DNA of 64,000 nucleotides from an uncultured Acidimicrobiaceae bacterium (GTDB lineage: Bacteria; Actinomycetota; Acidimicrobiia; Acidimicrobiales; Bog-793). This document shows positions 58,096 to 64,000 of this stretch, piece by piece. The stretch's first letter is position 1, and the number at the start of each line of letters is the position of its first letter. The DNA lies in contig CAWDKZ010000013.1 of assembly GCA_963803025.1 (NCBI GenBank), positions 148,831 to 212,830 of the forward strand. Direction: 5' to 3'. A program made the translations under genes and the position numbers. Under the pieces are notes generated by a model. That model saw only the letters and a program-made list of their open reading frames with translations, was not told where the DNA came from and did not search any database.

Positions 58096-59301
58096 GTGAT
58101 CATCCTCGTCGTTTGCCTCGTGGTCGGCGAGGTCGTCGACCAGGTCGTGAAGTCGTCCACCGCGGTCGGCCAGCGGACCGACAAGACGTGGGTCGCCGCT
58201 GTCGCGACCATCGTCGATGAGTCGAACACCCTGTCGCCGGCGCTGCACGCCATCCGCGCCCACGCCACCAATCCGGCGGTGTTCGACCGCGTGACGCTCG
58301 AGTACGCCCTCGCCCAGCTCGCGCGGAGCGCCGAGTCGGACGCGAACACCTACCGAGAGATCGGCCTCGCGGCCCCGTCGCAACGCGCGGACGCGCTCAT
58401 GGCCGGGGTTCTCAACCTGCGCCGCGCCGGCGCCGAGAGCCTCGCGCGCGGTATCGCGCTCGCCATCTCGCGTCGGGGAGGGCGATCGTCGCTGCCGCAG
58501 GCGGGTCAGCTCCTGGCGACCGCCGGGTCGCGCTTCCTCGCGGCGGACGCGGGTTATCACGCGCTCGTCGTCGCGCTCGACAAGGACGTGAGCGCCCGCC
58601 AGCTTCCGTCCTCGGTCTGGATCGCGTCGCCCGGCGTGTGGTCCGGGGCGGCGGCCCGCGCCTGGGCGAATGATCTGCGTTCCGCCGCGATCCTGGCTTT
58701 CTCCCCGGTGCTCTCCATCGTCGCCGTGACTCTCGAGCCACCGCCCCTCGACATCACGGGGCTTCCCGCGACGACGACCGTGACGACCACGACGTTGGCC
58801 GAGGTCACGACGCTGCCGACCACGGCGAAAACCGCTCGCAAGGGGCACGCGCGCCGTCAAGCGACCGTGACGACTTCGACGACGACACCGAACCCGGTGG
58901 CAAAGGTGTCGACGAACCCGGCGCGCGCCAAGCCGACGACGACCACGACGACGCTGCCCTCGGCGACGACGACCCTCCAGATCCCGCCTGCGGGCTCCGT
59001 CTCGGTCGTGGCGGCGACCTCGCGACTTGAGGTCGTCGTCGTCGTCGAGAACACGGGTGACGCGACCGCCCTCGGGGCCTACCTGACGGTCGTGCTCTCG
59101 CCCGTCCGTTCTTCCCACGCCGGCGCGGCACGGGTCAGCGCCCGGCACCGGCTGCTCAGCTTGGTGCCCGGCGCCTCGCAGTACGTGGTCATGCCGAAAC
59201 TCGCCGTGAAGCATGCGACCGGCTACGAGCTCGTCGTCACCGCTACGATCCCGAGCGGCCCCTCGGCGACGCGTTCGATCGCGCTCTATGTCTCAAACTG
59301 A
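58096..59301 (+). CDS. Hypothetical membrane-anchored protein with Thr/Pro-rich linker
   Basis: N-terminal hydrophobic helix, a helical domain, T-rich low-complexity tracts, and a C-terminal beta-rich domain (VVVVVENTGDATALGAYLTVVL). Confidence 0.4.
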   Translation: MIILVVCLVVGEVVDQVVKSSTAVGQRTDKTWVAAVATIVDESNTLSPALHAIRAHATNPAVFDRVTLEYALAQLARSAESDANTYREIGLAAPSQRADALMAGVLNLRRAGAESLARGIALAISRRGGRSSLPQAGQLLATAGSRFLAADAGYHALVVALDKDVSARQLPSSVWIASPGVWSGAAARAWANDLRSAAILAFSPVLSIVAVTLEPPPLDITGLPATTTVTTTTLAEVTTLPTTAKTARKGHARRQATVTTSTTTPNPVAKVSTNPARAKPTTTTTTLPSATTTLQIPPAGSVSVVAATSRLEVVVVVENTGDATALGAYLTVVLSPVRSSHAGAARVSARHRLLSLVPGASQYVVMPKLAVKHATGYELVVTATIPSGPSATRSIALYVSN

Positions 59302-59319
59302 GCCGTCAGGCGGCTTGGC

Positions 59320-60609
59320 CTACGCCTCTTCCGGCGGATCGGGCCTTCGGTCGGACTGCTCCCACCAGGCCCGCTCGGCGCGCTCGATGACCTCGCGGAC
59401 CGGGCGACCCGAGCGCAGCGCGAATTCGGCAGCGTCGTCGTGTTCGACCTTGACTCGTCCAGCGCTGACCTTCACGCGCAGCGAGACGCCGTCGAGTTCG
59501 ACGTGGTCGAGAAGTCGTGCCGCGGTCATCCGGCCGACTTCGCTCGCGCGCACCCCGAGCGTCCCGGTCTCGCCGGTGAACACGGCGCGAAGTTGGCCGA
59601 CGAGCGCACGGTCGGCGAGAACGCTCAGCACGTGGCCGGGACGGCCCTTCTTCATGACGACGGGCGTCACCCAGGCGTCGTTCGCGCCGGCTTCGAAGAG
59701 AGCACGCAGCGCGTCGGCGAGTTGTTCGCCCGTCGCGTCGTCGAGATTCGCCTCGAGCAGGACGAGCGGCTGTCCGTACGGGGTGCCTTCGGGCGTCTCG
59801 GTCGTGGCCCGCCAGCCGACGACGACCTGGGTGCAGTTCGGCAACCCGTCGATCTCGCGCGCACCGGCACCGTACCCGGTCGAGTCGACGACCATCGCCG
59901 GCATCGGGCCGAACCCCGCCGCCATGGCGGCGAGGATCGCCGCGCCCGTCGGGGTCGTCAGCTCGACGTTGATGTCACGTCCCCAGACCGGGGCCTCCTC
60001 GAGCAGGCCGAGGACGGCGGGCGAGGGGTTGGGCAGGAGGCCGTGACTCGTGCGCACCATGCCGTTCCCCATCGCGACCGGGCTCGAGAGGACCTCGTCG
60101 ACGCCGAGCACCTCGAGCGCGGCGGCGGTGCCGACGACGTCGACGATCGTGTCGTGTCCACCGACTTCGTGGAAATGAACCTGGCTTGTCGGACGGCGGT
60201 GGAGCCTGCCTTCGACGGTCGCCAACGCTGAGAACGTCGCCACCGCACGGTCGCGCACCCGCGGGGGCAGCTTCGCCTCGTCGAGGATCCCGAGGATGTG
60301 GGGGAAGGTTCGTACGACGCTCGTCTCGTTCACCGTGACGAGGACTTGGGTGGCGGCGACACCACCGCGCAACACAGGAACCGTGTCGAACGACCAACCG
60401 TCGATCGCGAGTCGCGCGAGTAGGCTGCGGACCTCGTCGATGTCGGCGCCCGCGTCGATGAGGCTCCCAAGCGCCATGTCACCGGCGATTCCCGCGAAGC
60501 AGTGGAACCAGGCGATTCGCCGGCCGCGCGACGAGCCCGAGGTATCGGCGGGACCGTGTCGGCGCCGGGGGGCGTTCTCGCTCATCGGAGTGCCCGTGTG
60601 ACGGCGCAC
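59320..60609 (-). CDS. larC: Nickel insertion protein LarC (DUF111 family)
   Basis: IAWFHCFAGIAGDMALGSLIDAGAD, HFHEVGGHDTIVDVVG. Confidence 0.85.
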   Translation of the reverse strand: MRRHTGTPMSENAPRRRHGPADTSGSSRGRRIAWFHCFAGIAGDMALGSLIDAGADIDEVRSLLARLAIDGWSFDTVPVLRGGVAATQVLVTVNETSVVRTFPHILGILDEAKLPPRVRDRAVATFSALATVEGRLHRRPTSQVHFHEVGGHDTIVDVVGTAAALEVLGVDEVLSSPVAMGNGMVRTSHGLLPNPSPAVLGLLEEAPVWGRDINVELTTPTGAAILAAMAAGFGPMPAMVVDSTGYGAGAREIDGLPNCTQVVVGWRATTETPEGTPYGQPLVLLEANLDDATGEQLADALRALFEAGANDAWVTPVVMKKGRPGHVLSVLADRALVGQLRAVFTGETGTLGVRASEVGRMTAARLLDHVELDGVSLRVKVSAGRVKVEHDDAAEFALRSGRPVREVIERAERAWWEQSDRRPDPPEEA

Positions 60610-61340
60610 GCCGCGCCGAAGCCGTTGTCGATGCCGACCACCGTGACACCGGGCGCGCAGGACGCCAGCATCGCGAGCAGCGCCGTCACCCCTGCGAGCG
60701 AGGCGCCGTAGCCGACGCTCGTCGGGATGGCGACGATCGGCGCTGGCGACATGCCCCCGACAACGCTCGCGAGCGCACCCTCCATTCCGGCGACGACGAC
60801 GACCGCGTCACACTTGGCGATGTCATCCTCGTTGGCGAGCAGGCGGTGGATCCCGGCGACGCCACTGTCGGCGATGAGAGTCGGGGCGAAACCGAAGGCC
60901 GAGAGGGTCGCAACGCATTCATGCGCGACCGGGAGGTCCGCGGTCCCGCCGGTGACGACTACGACCTGTTCGGTGCGTGGCGGCGCGGGTCGCCAGGCGA
61001 CGACGAACATCGTCGCCTGATCGGCCAGACCGGGTGTCACGGCGCCCCCCGGGCAGCGTTCGAGCGTGGCCGCGACCTGATCGCGATCGGCGCGAGTGAG
61101 AAGAACCGGTCCCGAGTCGTGCTCGAGCATCTCGGTGACGATCGCGGCGCACTGTCCAGCTGTCTTACCCTGGCCGAGTACGGCTTCGGGCAAGCCCTGG
61201 CGCAGCGATCGGTGATGGTCGACACGGGCGAACCCGAGGTCAGCGAACGGGAGCCGCCGCAGACGTTCGACAGCCGTGGCGGGTTCCACGCTCCCGTCGC
61301 GAACTCGCTCGAGGAGTTCGGACAGCTCTTTGAGGTCCAT
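60582..61340 (-). CDS. larB: LarB (AIR-carboxylase-like nickel-pincer cofactor biosynthesis protein)
   Basis: VVVVTGGTADLPVAHE...VVVVAGMEGALASVVGG...PTSVGYGAS. ATG at 61340 (MDLKELSELLERV). Confidence 0.85.
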   Translation of the reverse strand: MDLKELSELLERVRDGSVEPATAVERLRRLPFADLGFARVDHHRSLRQGLPEAVLGQGKTAGQCAAIVTEMLEHDSGPVLLTRADRDQVAATLERCPGGAVTPGLADQATMFVVAWRPAPPRTEQVVVVTGGTADLPVAHECVATLSAFGFAPTLIADSGVAGIHRLLANEDDIAKCDAVVVVAGMEGALASVVGGMSPAPIVAIPTSVGYGASLAGVTALLAMLASCAPGVTVVGIDNGFGAACAVTRALR

Positions 61341-61544
61341 CGCGCCCTCTATCCTGCCAGCACCGTCCCCACTCGCGGGCAACACGTTCCGCGCGTCCCC
61401 GGATCGGGTCGGGGAGGCCGGCGCGAATCCCCTCCCGGTGGGCCGGTGGACGCCCGCGGGGCCCGTGCGAAGCGACCGTTCGTCCCGGTCGCGCGTCACG
61501 TCATCGCTCCGAATGTCGGTCCTCTCCGGGCTAGCGTCGCCCGA

Positions 61545-61628
61545 GGAGGGATGGCAGAGCGGACGATTGTGACGGTCTTGAAAACCGTTGGGTGATAAGC
61601 CCCGTGGGTTCGAATCCCACTCCCTCCG
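61545..61628 (+). tRNA. tRNA-Ser (anticodon TGA)
   Basis: GGAGGGA/TCCCTCC acceptor, anticodon arm ACGGT-CTTGAAA-ACCGT, long variable arm, T-loop GGGTTCGAATCCC. Confidence 0.9.
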
Positions 61629-61721
61629 CCCGCGCGCAAATGTGAGTCGCCCTTCCTACGTGCGCGCCGGACCGTGACGTCGTCCAGGCGCGCGTTTCGA
61701 TGGCGAGGTGTGGGGAGGGCG

Positions 61722-62447
61722 TCAGAACCAGTTGAACCACGGATGGTCGTTACGCCACGCGACAAGGAAGACCTTGCCGATGATGTCGGACGCCGGCACG
61801 GGACCCCAGATCCTGCTGTCCGACGAGTTTGCCCGACAGTCGCCGAGGACGTAGTAGGAGTGAGGGGGTATCACGGTCTTCGGGATGTCGAGGTCGGGCG
61901 AATAGCAGTGGAAGTTGCCCGGAAGTCTCCTGAGATCTGGAAGCCAGGGTTCGGCGAGCGGATGGCCGTTGATATACACGGTGTCGCCCCTGGACGAGAT
62001 CGTCTCGTCGGGCAACCCGATGACCCGCTTTACCAGGTCTGAGGCCTTGGGCAGGTCGGCGTCCCGCGGAACCCGCTGGAAGACGACGATGTCGCCGCGC
62101 CGAATGTTGTGCGTGACGGTCGGCAGTTTGTCGACGAGGATGCGATCCCCCGCGAGCAGCGTCGGCATCATCGAACCCGACGGGACGTAGTAGGTCTGGA
62201 CGACGTAGGTCCTGATGACCACGCCGATTCCGACGGCGGCGCCGACGATCGCGATCCAGCTCAACGCCCGGCGGCGGCGGGACCTGCGCCGACGGCGCCG
62301 CTCCTCCCCGACCACGCGGGCTTCAGCCCTGATCGATTCTTCGCTCTCGAGGATCCAACTCCCCTCGAAGCCGTGCATCGGATCGTCCGAGACGGGTCTG
62401 GCGTCGATCCCGGGAGCGGACAACTGTCCGTGCGCGGCGTCGCTCAC
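61722..62447 (-). CDS. lepB: Signal peptidase I
   Basis: YVPSGSMMPTL (catalytic Ser), GDIVVF, LVKRVIGLPDE (catalytic Lys), YYVLGDCRANSSDSR. Confidence 0.9.
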   Translation of the reverse strand: MSDAAHGQLSAPGIDARPVSDDPMHGFEGSWILESEESIRAEARVVGEERRRRRRSRRRRALSWIAIVGAAVGIGVVIRTYVVQTYYVPSGSMMPTLLAGDRILVDKLPTVTHNIRRGDIVVFQRVPRDADLPKASDLVKRVIGLPDETISSRGDTVYINGHPLAEPWLPDLRRLPGNFHCYSPDLDIPKTVIPPHSYYVLGDCRANSSDSRIWGPVPASDIIGKVFLVAWRNDHPWFNWF

Positions 62448-62660
62448 GATCGACGCGGCGGGGGTGGCCCGGGACGACGTACTGGGTGCTCGGAGTTGTT
62501 GCGCGGCATTCCCGACAGGCTAGGACGTGCCTGGGTGCAAAAGGTAACGAGACGCGGCGGCCCGAAGTCGCCGGGTACCACCCGGACTCACGGTCGACAT
62601 CGAGCGCGTACGATGACGGCGCCGCGCGTCGGCGTACCAGCGTCGAGTGACCGTGGCGTC

Positions 62661-62735
62661 GCCCGGGTAGCTCAGTGGCAGAGCAGCGCACTCGTAATGC
62701 GCAGGTCGTGGGTTCGAATCCCACCTCGGGCTCCA
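62661..62735 (+). tRNA. tRNA-Thr (anticodon CGT), CCA encoded
   Basis: GCCCGGG/CTCGGGC acceptor, anticodon loop CTCGTAA, T-loop GGGTTCGAATCCC, 3' TCCA. Confidence 0.9.
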
Positions 62736-62849
62736 AGAGAATGTGCTGCCTCGGTTGATCTGCAACGTTCCGAGTTCGGTTGATTGCTCACACGCGTTCG
62801 GTCGATGTCCGACACCTTGCTCCAGCATCCTCCGCTGTGAGGCACAAGG

Positions 62850-62980
62850 AGATGGTCGAGTGGTCAGGGAGCTTTGCAAGATCACCCAGCGTTACGCGAT
62901 AGTCCTTGCCGTCATTCGGGACGGCATCCAGGTCACCGAGGTCGCCAAGGCGTTCGGGGTGGATCGCCACGCGGAGCACA
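62850..62980 (+). pseudogene. Possible remnant of a transposase/integrase-type HTH domain
   Basis: The only protein-like stretch in the ORF is ITQRYAIVLAVIRDGIQVTEVAKAFGVDRH. It sits in a low-GC patch just 3' of the tRNA-Thr. No catalytic domain follows. Confidence 0.3.
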
Positions 62981-63109
62981 TCGGGGCCGCGGTCTGCCAC
63001 GGAACCCGATCGGAGCGTCAACGCCGGTCAGAAGCGAAATGGGTCACCCGTCTGACGGGTTCCGCGGCCCGAAGACGTCACTGGCTCACCGTTTCTGGGC
63101 CCTACCACC

Positions 63110-64000
63110 TCATTTGTTCTGCGGCGCCTTCGGGGACTGGGCGGCGTCTCGGGCAAGTCCCAGCGCCATCTCGGCGAACCAGAAGCCGGCAGGGGGATCG
63201 ACCGTGCTCCACAGCGGGTCGAAAAGGCTCCGCGCCGTAACCGAGGTCGGCCATCCAGGCCGTTTGTAAGCCTCATAGTTCCACGCTCGCGCCCCACCAG
63301 CGGAATCGCACTGGCCCGCGGATTCACCGGGGGTCTTTAGCCAGAGGTAGGCATCCACGAGCGGATCGCCGGTGATCGCCGTCGGGGCGAGCCCAAGGCC
63401 CGAGGCGGGTGAATTGCAGAATTCGCCGTTGACAAGAGTGCTGATCACGCTGGCTGGCTGATGGTAGGGCGCCGCGGCATAGGTTTCCATGTCGTTCATG
63501 CCCCGGCCGTTTTCACTCGTGTCAATCACGAAGTGCGTGATTGGCACCGTGGCACCGAGCAATTTCGCGAAGTCCGTGTTAATCCCCGAGATGTTGAGAT
63601 CCGCCTTGGTCGTTGACCCGCTCCACACCCCGTACGAATTGAGCCCGACGCCCTTCCAGGCACCAAGCAGTTTGGCGATCTTTGTCCCGGACGGCCCGCC
63701 GTTCCAATACTGGTTCGGGCAGTTGTTGAACTTGCCAGGCTTGACGAACGTGCCATAGGCGATGCAGTCGGAGACCCAGGTGCCGTAGTCGGTGCTGTTC
63801 GTCGTGTACTGGTCACTGGAGATGTTCAAGACGAAGCCCTGGGCGCTCTGCACACCCGCCTGGACGAGCCTCTCAGCGATTACGCCAACGGATGCCCAGG
63901 CGCTGTTGCCCGCATCCAGATAGACGCTCACACGTGGATCAGTCTCAAGGGCGCTTACCGCGAAATTGATCTCAGCCAGGCGTTGCGCGTCGGTGAAGGG
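63110..64000 (-). CDS. Glycoside hydrolase family 6 (cellulase/cellobiohydrolase), 5'-truncated by the window end
   Basis: VYLDAGNSAW, HFVIDTSENGRG, DAYLWLKTPGESAGQCD. The reading frame stays open upstream of 63931 to the window edge. Lower GC than the bulk. Confidence 0.8.
   Translation of the reverse strand, partial: PFTDAQRLAEINFAVSALETDPRVSVYLDAGNSAWASVGVIAERLVQAGVQSAQGFVLNISSDQYTTNSTDYGTWVSDCIAYGTFVKPGKFNNCPNQYWNGGPSGTKIAKLLGAWKGVGLNSYGVWSGSTTKADLNISGINTDFAKLLGATVPITHFVIDTSENGRGMNDMETYAAAPYHQPASVISTLVNGEFCNSPASGLGLAPTAITGDPLVDAYLWLKTPGESAGQCDSAGGARAWNYEAYKRPGWPTSVTARSLFDPLWSTVDPPAGFWFAEMALGLARDAAQSPKAPQNK

Noticed and set aside
58740-59000. Repetitive ACG/ACC-rich tracts as a possible repeat array or CRISPR
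   Set aside because: They are in frame within ORF 58096-59301 and encode Thr/Pro-rich linker sequence. There is no repeat-spacer periodicity.

Overview
High-GC, densely coding, actinobacterial-type chromosomal segment. Hand counts on sample 60-nt lines give about 65-70% GC in most genes and about 53-57% in two patches. Most of it is core metabolism and regulation, called from protein motifs in the ORF track. Main blocks in order: furA-catalase; a Fur/Rrf2/NUDIX group; DegV beside a MerR-TetR fusion regulator; a translationally coupled hopanoid cluster (dxs-hpnC-hpnD-hpnE-polyprenyl synthase-shc, then hpnH); tRNA-Ala followed by an IS1182-family element; a NiCoT nickel/cobalt permease; a smtB/arsR-zur operon divergent from a lower-GC ZnuA/TroA-type ABC importer with a decayed extra permease; PPK2; a PHP phosphoesterase; purF; a tRNA Glu-Asp-Phe cluster; clpS; a SenX3/RegX3-like two-component system; pstB-pstS-pstC-pstA; a fused E1 alpha/beta dehydrogenase; tatA; tesB; lnt coupled to hemE-hemH-hemY; sqdB; larB-larC; lepB; and a tRNA-Thr followed by a low-GC segment with a GH6 cellulase running off the window. 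The most unusual element is a compact five-gene type IV secretion-like module at 35114-41027. It has a pilin-like protein, a VirB6-like protein, a split VirB4 and a VirD4-like coupling protein. It has no relaxase, integrase or att features, and it sits between the phosphate two-component system and the pst operon. Other points worth a second look: a structured 335-nt noncoding region next to an atypical Fur-like ORF; periodic direct repeats in the senX3 and pstB promoter regions; a perfect 16-bp palindrome ahead of the hopanoid operon; and four conserved genes broken by single-nucleotide frameshifts at G/C runs, which could be assembly indels or true decay. No CRISPR array and no rRNA were seen. 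All calls rest on reading the sequence and ORF translations only; no database search was run.
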